A DNA stretch of 42,460 bases from a virus. Below the pieces are notes generated by a model. It ran no database searches. It saw nothing but the letters and a program-made list of their open reading frames with translations, and was not told the DNA's origin. A program made the translations under genes and the position numbers. The DNA lies in the IMG/VR virus record IMGVR_UViG_3300045971_000101; one strand, 5' to 3'. Below, in pieces: positions 17,965-26,207 of the stretch (position 1 is its first letter; the number at the start of each line of letters is the position of its first letter).

Positions 17965-18084
17965 AAATCCAAACATATGAGTAGACGTGAATATCTAAAA
18001 CATATAGCTAAAGGAGCGGCACCATTTGCTATAAGCGGCCTAGGAATACAACAAATGGTAGATCAGAAAGATAAAAAATAATTA

Positions 18085-19125
18085 TTATGTTCTAAAATAC
18101 TTAGCGACAGGATGAAATGGCACTCCATCATTGGTATATTCAAAGAACTCTACATTAACAATTCTACCAATATAATCGCACGAGTTAATAAGTATTTCAA
18201 TCTTTTCATCTATATTCCCTGGTGCTGATACTCTGAAATATCCTCCTGTTGGTAATTGACATTCAAGAACAGCCCAACCATCTTTTGATGCTATAATATT
18301 AGTTATTAAAAACTCAGCATCTAGCCATTTTTTAATTTTAATAAGACTTTTACTACGTTTACCAGCTTCATAACCAGTGTCATTGGTACGTAGTATGAGG
18401 CCTTCATAACCAGCAGCAATAGAAGCTCGTAAATTTTCCTCTATATCTTTGACACCAGGAAATAATGTTGGTGCTACCTTAACACTTTCACTAACAAATT
18501 CATATTCCATTATTCGTTCTAATCTTTGTTCATAAGGATTATTAATAATAGTATCATAAATAATATAGTCTAACTTATCATTTCCAGGTTGAATTTTTTT
18601 AATGAGACTACCTGCATCTTGTAGTGCCATACCATGCACATAAAGCTCTCCATCTAAAATAACGCCTGGTTGTATACCAATACTATCAGTTATATGTTTA
18701 ATAGTATTGATCTGTTTACCATTGCGGGAATAAGCTATTGGCCCTTCTTCAGTTCCCATAATTAGGCACCGATGACCATTATACTTATACTGCACAAAGC
18801 ACTTCTTAAAATCAACTTTTGAGTCTTTTAATTGTTGCGCTAGCATAGGCTTTAAGAGCTTGCTTGCGTTCAAGCCTACCGATTGCCTTGCTTCTTCGAT
18901 TGTGTAGCAGTAGCCCTTGTCTAATTGCTTATTTACCCTAGAATTTACCTGCAAAGCAAGCTGTTCGTCTAAATTACGCCCCGATTGATTAATTGATATA
19001 TTTTCACGCTTAGACTGCATTGATCCATTAAGCTGGCCCCACTCTATCAATATACTTTTTGCTTCTTCAAATATTGTCCATATTTGAATAGCGTTTGTAG
19101 CTGTAACTTTGTATAATGTTACCAT
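18085..19125 (-). CDS. ATP-dependent DNA ligase
   Basis: Motif I KYNGHR (KxDG-type), motif III ILDGELYV, motif V EGLILR...LIKIKK. ATG 19125 is preceded by AAGGA. The track start at 19161 is probably too far upstream. Confidence 0.85.
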   Translation of the reverse strand: MVTLYKVTATNAIQIWTIFEEAKSILIEWGQLNGSMQSKRENISINQSGRNLDEQLALQVNSRVNKQLDKGYCYTIEEARQSVGLNASKLLKPMLAQQLKDSKVDFKKCFVQYKYNGHRCLIMGTEEGPIAYSRNGKQINTIKHITDSIGIQPGVILDGELYVHGMALQDAGSLIKKIQPGNDKLDYIIYDTIINNPYEQRLERIMEYEFVSESVKVAPTLFPGVKDIEENLRASIAAGYEGLILRTNDTGYEAGKRSKSLIKIKKWLDAEFLITNIIASKDGWAVLECQLPTGGYFRVSAPGNIDEKIEILINSCDYIGRIVNVEFFEYTNDGVPFHPVAKYFRT

Positions 19126-19126
19126 T

Positions 19127-19222
19127 TCAATCCTTATTAATATAAAGCACTGCGACAACATACGTTAGTAGTATCATGCCAACAAAAATTAAGAATACCG
19201 ATTCTCCATTGCAAGCATTCAT
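19127..19222 (-). CDS. Possible 31-aa single-pass membrane peptide
   Basis: MNACNGESVFLIFVGMILLTYVVAVLYINKD exactly fills the gap between two genes. It is below the ORF-track cutoff and has no further support. Confidence 0.3.
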   Translation of the reverse strand: MNACNGESVFLIFVGMILLTYVVAVLYINKD

Positions 19223-19414
19223 TTAATCAATACTCCCATTGGATTTTAAATGTCTCCAAACAGTTCTTATTCCCCAGGTGAGCAGTCCGATTATTGCCCA
19301 TACAGGAGCAAAGTCCATTATTAAAAACCATATAAAGGCTATTAGTGCTTTTTCACTCATACTATCTAATGCATTAATAAGCTGTATCATGTCGTTCATT
19401 TGCAGTCCTCGCAA
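19223..19414 (-). CDS. Small membrane protein
   Basis: Hydrophobic core ALIAFIWFLIMDFAPVWAIIGLLTWGI. An alternative start is at 19399 (MNDMIQ...). Confidence 0.45.
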   Translation of the reverse strand: MRGLQMNDMIQLINALDSMSEKALIAFIWFLIMDFAPVWAIIGLLTWGIRTVWRHLKSNGSID

Positions 19415-19770
19415 TCTTGGTAACTATAACGCCCATTTCTCAAGGCAGGTTGGCAGAATAGTATATGCATCAGGGTTTTGCCTGAATACACGAATACTCG
19501 TTTTGGTTGTCTAACACCCCATACATCTTTTTCATTGGGCTGTTTATGTGATTTTGATCGTTTCTCCGTGGTGTTTAATTCCTCAATAAAATATTCACCT
19601 GCATTCCTATCATAGTAGATGTGATTGCCTATACGGATAGGTGATAACTGTGTATTCTTAATACAGAGCTTCCTAACCGTTTCTATGGGCAGTCTTGTTC
19701 TTTCACGTATTTCTTGTCTAGTTATATATTTTTCAGTATCCATAATAAACTCTAAAAATAAGGCGGTCAT
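19396..19770 (-). CDS. Putative HTH DNA-binding protein
   Basis: N-terminal ITRQEIRERTRLPIETVRKLCIKN resembles an excisionase/MerR-type HTH. An alternative start is at 19743. The SD and start region at 19770 is embedded in a hairpin. Confidence 0.45.
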   Translation of the reverse strand: MTALFLEFIMDTEKYITRQEIRERTRLPIETVRKLCIKNTQLSPIRIGNHIYYDRNAGEYFIEELNTTEKRSKSHKQPNEKDVWGVRQPKRVFVYSGKTLMHILFCQPALRNGRYSYQDCEDCK

Positions 19771-19844
19771 GACTCCGCCTTAATAAGTGTGCCGACAACT
19801 GAGAGACACCTAGCCGGCTTAGGTAATTTATTATTTAAAATATA

Positions 19845-19853
19845 TTATATCAT
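19845..19853 (-). promoter_or_regulatory. Extended -10 promoter element TGATATAAT on the minus strand
   Basis: Plus-strand attatatca equals minus-strand TGATATAAT (TGnTATAAT), located in the intergenic gap upstream of the HTH gene. Confidence 0.45.
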
Positions 19854-19878
19854 ATAATGATTAATAAAGATACTTATT

Positions 19879-20274
19879 TTAATACCCATTATTTTGTCTA
19901 CTTATATTCTTCCCAAATTTTATAGTATATTCACTATCTATATTATCTGGTGTTATGCCTGCTGCTAGGCATATATTAAGGCAAAAGCATAACATATCTA
20001 TAGCTTCTTCTCTTATATTGCAGTTTGATACATACCTTTTATCCGCTAAATCAGTATATTTTGTAGACCATGGCTTTAATATGGATCTATTATCATTACT
20101 AATTGCAAGTATTATTTCTGTTATTTCTTCATTAAGGTAAGATTGTTGGTTTCTTATATATTCAACTACTTCGCCACATGATAAATCTACTGAACTTGAT
20201 GGATTGTGGTGGCTACCATAGTTATCTGCAATTTTTCTTAGTAAAAGTTTTTGATTACTTAATATTTTATTCAT
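19879..20274 (-). CDS. All-alpha NTP pyrophosphohydrolase of the dimeric dUTPase / T4 gp56 dCTPase type
   Basis: KPW, REEAIDMLCFCLNI and C-terminal YTIKFGKNISRQNNGY match the pattern of the dimeric dUTPase family (E-E-x-x-D-x-x-x-F, Y-x-x-K-x-x-x-N-x-x-R-x-x-x-G-Y). ATGA overlap with the upstream hydroxymethylase gene. Confidence 0.6.
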   Translation of the reverse strand: MNKILSNQKLLLRKIADNYGSHHNPSSSVDLSCGEVVEYIRNQQSYLNEEITEIILAISNDNRSILKPWSTKYTDLADKRYVSNCNIREEAIDMLCFCLNICLAAGITPDNIDSEYTIKFGKNISRQNNGY

Positions 20275-21014
20275 AATGGTGCTTCTAATAGCCATTTACC
20301 AAAATCTGATTCAAATTTACAAGTTAATAGATCATTTACACTTGTTATAGGTGGATAATATACATATTCTTTTATATCAGCAAATATAATATGTTCTGCC
20401 ATACCGAATTGGTAATCATATATATGTAATGAATCGGCAGAAAATACAAATATGCCTGTTTTAAGCCCAAGTATTCTAGCTATCATTTCCCATAACCACC
20501 AGTATGTTGGCAAGTCTGCGCCTAGACCGAATATTGCATCGGAACTACGAAACTTAACATGTATATTTAATTTACCATCAACTATTCTAAATTGTGGACC
20601 AACAGAACATACAACATCTTTATTGCCTGTAAATAAATGTTCTTTACATAACATTGGTATTATCGCCTGTCTACTATATGGGTCATTAATTAATGTATTA
20701 ACAACCCAATCTATGCCATTTGGGAACCAATATTGTCCATAGTTAGAAAATATTTTACCATCATCTTGTACTATTTTATTCCATGTTTTTGCATACTTAC
20801 ATATTCTTGTATCATATGGGTTAGCATTTAAGTACCACTGAAATTCTCTTTTAACATAGTCAAGATTAAAGTTTCTACCTTCATAATTAGACCATGGATC
20901 AGTAATAATACCTTGGAAGTACTCTATCTCTCTTATCAGTTTACCACGAGGGCTGGTTTCTTTGCCGGTGGTAAACACTTCTGTTATTATATCTAGCACA
21001 TCATATTGTTTCAT
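20271..21014 (-). CDS. Thymidylate-synthase-fold pyrimidine hydroxymethylase, dCMP hydroxymethylase-like
   Basis: Motifs EFQWY, SNYGQYW, NDPYSRQAII, catalytic-Cys context DVVCSVGPQF, and FRSSDAIFGLGADLPTY. There is an Asp at the position where ThyA has the uracil-reading Asn, as in T4 gp42 (alignment by eye). 247 aa, compared with 246 aa for T4 gp42. Confidence 0.65.
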   Translation of the reverse strand: MKQYDVLDIITEVFTTGKETSPRGKLIREIEYFQGIITDPWSNYEGRNFNLDYVKREFQWYLNANPYDTRICKYAKTWNKIVQDDGKIFSNYGQYWFPNGIDWVVNTLINDPYSRQAIIPMLCKEHLFTGNKDVVCSVGPQFRIVDGKLNIHVKFRSSDAIFGLGADLPTYWWLWEMIARILGLKTGIFVFSADSLHIYDYQFGMAEHIIFADIKEYVYYPPITSVNDLLTCKFESDFGKWLLEAPL

Positions 21015-21487
21015 AGTCTTTCCTTTATTAAATCTATAATGTAATATAAATAATCTGTTTCATAATCATAATATATAACATCATGAAATGCCATTACTTC
21101 ATCGTATCTATCCCTTAATAGTATATTATCTTTTATTAATTGTACTTTATGAATTTCAGAATACTTATCTTTTAAAACTATATTACCAACATGGTTGCAA
21201 TATATTAAAATATACCTATCTGATAATTCTTTAGCAAGGTTATCTAAGAATCTATTTTCAATAATACGTCCATTACCATATACTTGTTCTGAAAACAGTG
21301 TGGTACGATCTAATATTACACCACTATCTATCATAGCAATTTGTGTATTTAAGCATGATAATAATTCTAATGCATTATTTGGGCCTAGTCCTGAGTGGTA
21401 ATAGGTTTTATCAAAATGTTTAGTTAATTCTTTAGCTAATGTAGTTTTACCACTACCATTCATTCCGCATACTATTATTGCTTTCAT
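21011..21487 (-). CDS. P-loop deoxynucleoside monophosphate kinase, thymidylate-kinase-like
   Basis: Walker A GMNGSGKTT and LDRTTLFSEQVYG (the DRxxxSxxxY motif of TMK-like kinases). Overlaps the downstream gene by 4 nt. Confidence 0.6.
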   Translation of the reverse strand: MKAIIVCGMNGSGKTTLAKELTKHFDKTYYHSGLGPNNALELLSCLNTQIAMIDSGVILDRTTLFSEQVYGNGRIIENRFLDNLAKELSDRYILIYCNHVGNIVLKDKYSEIHKVQLIKDNILLRDRYDEVMAFHDVIYYDYETDYLYYIIDLIKERL

Positions 21488-23056
21488 TTATACCTCTACT
21501 AATGTTATTGTACGTTTTTCATAATCCCGTATTTGTTGAAATGAATGATTCATTATTACATCTTGTATATCATATACAATTGGTTGGCCATGCACATTAA
21601 AAGAAGTATTTATAAGTATTGGAAACTTTTTAAGTATACCATGCATATAATGACCTTCGTCAATAACTTGTGGCCTACCAGAAAAAACACCACGAAGATT
21701 ATAGGCAGCACCTATCATTCTATCATTAACATAATTATATTCTAAAGCTATTATCATATGTTCGACAGACCTAATTATATTGCATGGTTGATCGAATACT
21801 TTATTATAAGTAAAACGGTTCATAACTGGGCATAGTGGCATTACTTCATGCCGCTCATTTAGATGCCCAATATATTTTGCATTACGTTCTGTTGGTAAGG
21901 CAATTGTGCTTGTATTACAATAAGCTCTCTCACCAAATTCCATTCTATCTATTACTACATTCACGATTCTATCAAAGCATAGGTGTTCATACAAATCTTT
22001 AGCAAGATGTTCTGTAAATATTAAATTACCAGCAGAAGCATATTTAGTTTTATCAATTTTTGGTCGTATGCCAAAACAAAGATCATCTTGTATTACAAAG
22101 TCATTATTATATATTTTGTATAGTCCAAGGCCAGCACCACAATCACCAGATAATGGCATTATGCATATGGAATCCACATAATGCGCCAGGTAACCGTTTA
22201 ATTGTACATTCATAAAGCAACCGCCAGCTAATAATAGATTCTTTATATTGTATTTTTGTATTATATGCCTAAATATCTGTTGTACAACTTCTTGTAATAC
22301 AGTTGCTATTATTGGTGCATCATTTTTTGTAAAATACATGGATAAAAATTCATGCACATATTTATGCATTTTAACCAATTCTGTTAAACTATAGTCATCT
22401 GCATTACGTTTATACATATTATACATAATAATACCGTATAAAACATCTATAATATAATTAGCATTATTTAAGTCTTGATGTGTAGTAGATGCTGCTAAAG
22501 CATTTAGTTTCCATTCGTCTTGGTTCATTTTAAAACCACAGAAGTCTGTAGCATATTGGTACCATAGACCTAATGAAGCAAGATAATTTTTATATGTATG
22601 TATAGGAATAGCACAATCTTCATCAACTTCATATATACTTGTGACTTCGCCAAGATTGCCAAAACCATCTGCAACTATTATATGTGTGTTTGGTTGTATT
22701 TTATCTTTTGCATAAGCCATAGCTGAATACGCATGGGCATCATGATGTGTGTATATATAATTTGATGATATGAGTTTCTTACCTTTAACAAAATCTGGAT
22801 GAAAATGTTTTTTGTTCATTTTAAACACATCACCAGTTGGTTCCCAATGTGATATGTATATAGTAACATCATCTGGTATTACATGGAACTTCTCAATTTC
22901 TTGTATTGCTTGTATAGGAAATTGAGAATCTGACTTGATTTTTGTTATTCTCTCATTTTGGTAGCCATTTACTACCTTATTATCTTGTATTGCTATTGCA
23001 CTAGAACCATGCCCTAGCGTTAATACTAATGAATCTATTGTAAGTTTATCTATCAC
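21488..23056 (-). CDS. NodU/CmcH/TobZ-family O-carbamoyltransferase
   Basis: Family-typical motifs in order: LGHGSSAIAI, ERITKIKSDSQFP..AI, HHDAHAYSA, ADGFGNLGE, SLGLWYQYATDFCGFKMNQDEWKLNALA. 522 aa. The stop abuts the kinase start codon. Confidence 0.8.
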   Translation of the reverse strand: MIDKLTIDSLVLTLGHGSSAIAIQDNKVVNGYQNERITKIKSDSQFPIQAIQEIEKFHVIPDDVTIYISHWEPTGDVFKMNKKHFHPDFVKGKKLISSNYIYTHHDAHAYSAMAYAKDKIQPNTHIIVADGFGNLGEVTSIYEVDEDCAIPIHTYKNYLASLGLWYQYATDFCGFKMNQDEWKLNALAASTTHQDLNNANYIIDVLYGIIMYNMYKRNADDYSLTELVKMHKYVHEFLSMYFTKNDAPIIATVLQEVVQQIFRHIIQKYNIKNLLLAGGCFMNVQLNGYLAHYVDSICIMPLSGDCGAGLGLYKIYNNDFVIQDDLCFGIRPKIDKTKYASAGNLIFTEHLAKDLYEHLCFDRIVNVVIDRMEFGERAYCNTSTIALPTERNAKYIGHLNERHEVMPLCPVMNRFTYNKVFDQPCNIIRSVEHMIIALEYNYVNDRMIGAAYNLRGVFSGRPQVIDEGHYMHGILKKFPILINTSFNVHGQPIVYDIQDVIMNHSFQQIRDYEKRTITLVEV

Positions 23057-23079
23057 CTTATTACCTTTTAATTAAATGA

Positions 23080-23120
23080 TTATTATATCAAAATTTTACT
23101 ATCAAAGATACTATTATTTT
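23080..23120 (-). promoter_or_regulatory. Conserved 41-bp box (copy 1): extended -10 TGATATAAT plus an upstream 22-bp element
   Basis: ttattatatca-N7-actatcaaagatactattattt. The 22-mer at 23098-23119 is identical to 28962-28983 with the same spacing. It lies upstream of the carbamoyltransferase operon. Confidence 0.5.
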
Positions 23121-24463
23121 TTAAAATAATCTAGTAAAAAAGTCTGGAATGACTCTTTACCTTCTAGTATTTTTAGTACATGCTCATCTACAGTATCTTT
23201 AGCTATGATATGATGTATAGTTACAGATTTTTTAATACCTTGTCTATAGACTCTATCATTGGTTTGTATATAGAGTTCTAAATCAAACGTTAAACTGAAC
23301 CATACCACATCTTCACAACCACCATATTGTAGGTTTAATCCATGGCTAGCAGATTTTGGTTGTATAAACATCACTGGTATTTCACCGCGATTCCATTTAT
23401 CAGAGACTTGTTGTAAATTTGTATTTTTATCTATCAGTTTTGGTGCTTGTGGAAAGGCTTTTTGTAACTCTGCTAGATCATGTAAAAACTCATAAACTAC
23501 CAATAATGGCCTGCCATTAAGGTCTTCAACCAGAGTTTTAATGGCCTCGACCTTTTCGTCATGCAGATGCAATACTTGCCTATCTTCTAAGTACACATTA
23601 CCATTAGCTATCTGTTTCAATTTAGATGCTTTAGCCGCTGCATTAACAGAAAATATAGGTGACTTTTCATCTAGTTCAGATTCTAAGTCATCTTTTACTG
23701 CTTTGTATCTAGCTTTAACACTTAATGGTAATTCTATATAGATGTTATTATATAGTATTGGTGGTAAATTGAGTTCATCTTTACTTTTATGCATTACAAT
23801 ATCATTTATTGCTGCATAAATCTCTGTTTCAGCATCAGGGAATAATTTAAAGTCATATGGATTATAAGAGTTTGGTTGGTAAAAATATTTTGTTCTAAAA
23901 TGTGTAATATATTTTGATAACCTTTTACCCATATCTAATAGGTAAATCTGTGGCCAAAGTTGTATCATACCATTTGGTGCTGGTGTACCAGTTAATATTA
24001 ATCTACGTTTGAATTTTGGTAACACTGCTTTAATAGCTTTAAATCGCAATGATGTGTGATTCTTGAATAAGGTAGATTCATCAAATACACACATAACTGT
24101 CTTTTTGTCAAAAAAATGTATATGTTTAGTTAATAGCCAGTTTAATCCTTCAGGATTTATAACATAAATATCATAATGTTTTTTGATAGTAATATCTTTA
24201 TCTTTACCATGCAAAACACCAATGGTTAGGTGTTTAGTATGATCCCACTTTTTAACTTCATCTGGCCATACTAATGTAGCTACTTGTTTTGGTGCTATAA
24301 CGAATAATGTATCTACATCATTGTATTCTTTAAGTATTGCAAATGTAGATAATGTAATTACTGTTTTACCAAGACCTGGTGGCAAGAAAAGACCGGCATA
24401 ATGCCGGCCTAATATCCATTTAATACCATCATCTTGGTAGTGATGTGGATAGAATTTAGCCAT
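23114..24463 (-). CDS. SNF2-family (SF2) helicase/ATPase
   Basis: Motif I PPGLGKT, motif II VFDESTLFKN, motif III LTGTP, C-terminal SHGLNLQ and QTNDRVYRQG. Confidence 0.85.
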   Translation of the reverse strand: MAKFYPHHYQDDGIKWILGRHYAGLFLPPGLGKTVITLSTFAILKEYNDVDTLFVIAPKQVATLVWPDEVKKWDHTKHLTIGVLHGKDKDITIKKHYDIYVINPEGLNWLLTKHIHFFDKKTVMCVFDESTLFKNHTSLRFKAIKAVLPKFKRRLILTGTPAPNGMIQLWPQIYLLDMGKRLSKYITHFRTKYFYQPNSYNPYDFKLFPDAETEIYAAINDIVMHKSKDELNLPPILYNNIYIELPLSVKARYKAVKDDLESELDEKSPIFSVNAAAKASKLKQIANGNVYLEDRQVLHLHDEKVEAIKTLVEDLNGRPLLVVYEFLHDLAELQKAFPQAPKLIDKNTNLQQVSDKWNRGEIPVMFIQPKSASHGLNLQYGGCEDVVWFSLTFDLELYIQTNDRVYRQGIKKSVTIHHIIAKDTVDEHVLKILEGKESFQTFLLDYFKK

Positions 24464-24740
24464 GATATTTTTCCGACATTCTATCGACTTCTCTAAAAAA
24501 TTCTTTTAAGTATTTAAACTTATTTTTTGATTCAAATATGGATTCAAGTTCAGAATATGAAGTTAATCTATATTTTTGTGATACATAATTCGCATAGCAA
24601 TTAACTATTAATAAATTATTTCTTTCTTCAACTGTATCAGTATTCATTATTATGCGCTCTCTTATTTCATCTGGCATTTCAAACAATATAGATATAAGAT
24701 TTGCTGCTTCTGTTGGTGTTTCAACATCTGATAATTTCAT
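24456..24740 (-). CDS. Hypothetical protein
   Basis: 94-aa ORF with tightly coupled overlaps to both neighbours. Confidence 0.5.
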   Translation of the reverse strand: MKLSDVETPTEAANLISILFEMPDEIRERIIMNTDTVEERNNLLIVNCYANYVSQKYRLTSYSELESIFESKNKFKYLKEFFREVDRMSEKYHG

Positions 24741-24946
24741 AAAAGTCTCTTTTGATTAGTATTAAGTTTCCAGTCAACCCAATAACCACAATCTGTGCAA
24801 TATTTGAGTTGAAGTGAGCGCATCTCACCAAGAGCTTTGCATCCACATTTAGGGCATTGCTTAGTTGTCATGCGCCATTTTCTACCGAATATCAGTAGTT
24901 TAACTTGTTGGTAAAAGGTTAATTTGTGATATTCGTTTAGGTTCAT
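24737..24946 (-). CDS. Small zinc-ribbon protein
   Basis: CPKCGC...CTDCGYW (two CxxC pairs). ATG 24946 is preceded by AGAAAGG and avoids the 29-nt overlap implied by the track start. Confidence 0.5.
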   Translation of the reverse strand: MNLNEYHKLTFYQQVKLLIFGRKWRMTTKQCPKCGCKALGEMRSLQLKYCTDCGYWVDWKLNTNQKRLL

Positions 24947-24947
24947 G

Positions 24948-25223
24948 CTAAAACCTTTCTCTGTGGTAAGAATCATTTTCGTGGTTTTCTAGTATGTAGG
25001 TTTCGATTTTTCTGAACGTGTCGTCTGACAGTAAACAGCCTATTTCAATATCTGTTCCACTGACGGTTACTATGTCTATGTCAACTTCTGGATACTCCTC
25101 AGGGTAAGAATCTTCCCAGGGGCCTGACAGTTTAGCAGGACGACCTGAGTAATAGTAGAACTGTATATCTAGTTTAACGTCTTCAATCACTACTGATGTG
25201 TTGCTTAATTTCATTTTATTCAC
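24948..25223 (-). CDS. Hypothetical protein
   Basis: 91-aa ORF in the co-oriented operon. No motif recognised. Confidence 0.5.
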   Translation of the reverse strand: MNKMKLSNTSVVIEDVKLDIQFYYYSGRPAKLSGPWEDSYPEEYPEVDIDIVTVSGTDIEIGCLLSDDTFRKIETYILENHENDSYHRERF

Positions 25224-25229
25224 CTTTTG

Positions 25230-25712
25230 TTATTTAAAAATTTTATTTTTAAAATTTTCAAGTTCTGTAAGTCTTTTTATGATTTCCTTAATTTCTATTT
25301 CATGTTTTTTGTCGTTCTCTACAATTAGTCTTTGGCATTCTACCATTTGCATTTGAACTTCACTTAATATTACAGGTTCTGATGCGCATCTATCAATATT
25401 ATTTGTTTCACCACTTCTTATCATGAATCTAATTAGATTATATGGGTCTATTCCTTTAGGTGCATGTCTAGGTTCAGTTACATCGTCATACATACATTTG
25501 TATACTTTGCGCGCTGTTGTTAAAATGTGTGTAGCTGCTGTACCACAATTAAAGTCGTACATTATAACAACAGCTTCTTGTGGATTTTGTATACCCTCTA
25601 TATCTTTTAATGCATCCATGCATTTAATTATAGAGCCTTTAGGAACTTTACTTTTTTTAGGTTCATTAACATTAATATTGCTATTCATATTTAGTGTGAC
25701 ATTTGGACTCAT
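25230..25712 (-). CDS. Hypothetical protein
   Basis: 160-aa ORF with AAAGGTGA as SD 7 nt upstream of the ATG and a C-terminal coiled-coil-like segment. Confidence 0.55.
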   Translation of the reverse strand: MSPNVTLNMNSNINVNEPKKSKVPKGSIIKCMDALKDIEGIQNPQEAVVIMYDFNCGTAATHILTTARKVYKCMYDDVTEPRHAPKGIDPYNLIRFMIRSGETNNIDRCASEPVILSEVQMQMVECQRLIVENDKKHEIEIKEIIKRLTELENFKNKIFK

Positions 25713-25746
25713 ATCTCATTCACCTTTTTGATTGATTTAAAAATAT

Positions 25747-25755
25747 ATTATATCA
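25747..25755 (-). promoter_or_regulatory. Extended -10 promoter element TGATATAAT on the minus strand
   Basis: attatatca on the plus strand, overlapping the stop codon of the VRR-NUC gene, about 35 nt upstream of the next ATG. Confidence 0.45.
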
Positions 25756-26034
25756 TCTATTCACCATAATAGATACAATAAATAAATCTATATTTTCTTT
25801 TGTGGATATTACTAAATAGTTAGGCGTGAATCTTTTTATTATTTTGCCAACTACTATTTGCTGTATATCACGCTTCTCTCTTGGTCGTTTTAATTCTATA
25901 AACCATACCTGCCTATTTATAAAGACAATACGATCTGGTACACCACGATTACCAGGTGATGACCACTTAAAAATATGACCACCACATTGGTTAATTTGTT
26001 TTATTAAATATTGTTCTATGTCTCTTTCTATCAT
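25753..26034 (-). CDS. VRR-NUC domain nuclease
   Basis: GVPDRIVF...VWFIELKRPREKRDIQQ matches the VRR-NUC core (G-x-P-D, E-x-K). Confidence 0.7.
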   Translation of the reverse strand: MIERDIEQYLIKQINQCGGHIFKWSSPGNRGVPDRIVFINRQVWFIELKRPREKRDIQQIVVGKIIKRFTPNYLVISTKENIDLFIVSIMVNR

Positions 26035-26207
26035 ATATTAGAACCTTCTAATATAGTTTTAAGAATTATCAATTATTGATTCTATAATTAATTAGAATAT
26101 ATCGAAAATTCGAATCTCAGATGGCCTAGATTCAATTTTCTTTTCAATCTGATATAATCATATCAGATTGAGATTTTATCTTCTTAAATCAATTATTTTA
26201 TCTTTGT

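Noticed and set aside
17977-18081. 34-aa ORF MSRREYLKHIAKGAAPFAISGLG... with a twin-arginine (SRRxFLK-like) signal motif
   Set aside because: It consists of a signal-peptide-like sequence only, has no SD, and sits after the inverted repeat at the convergence point. It is probably non-coding or a gene remnant.
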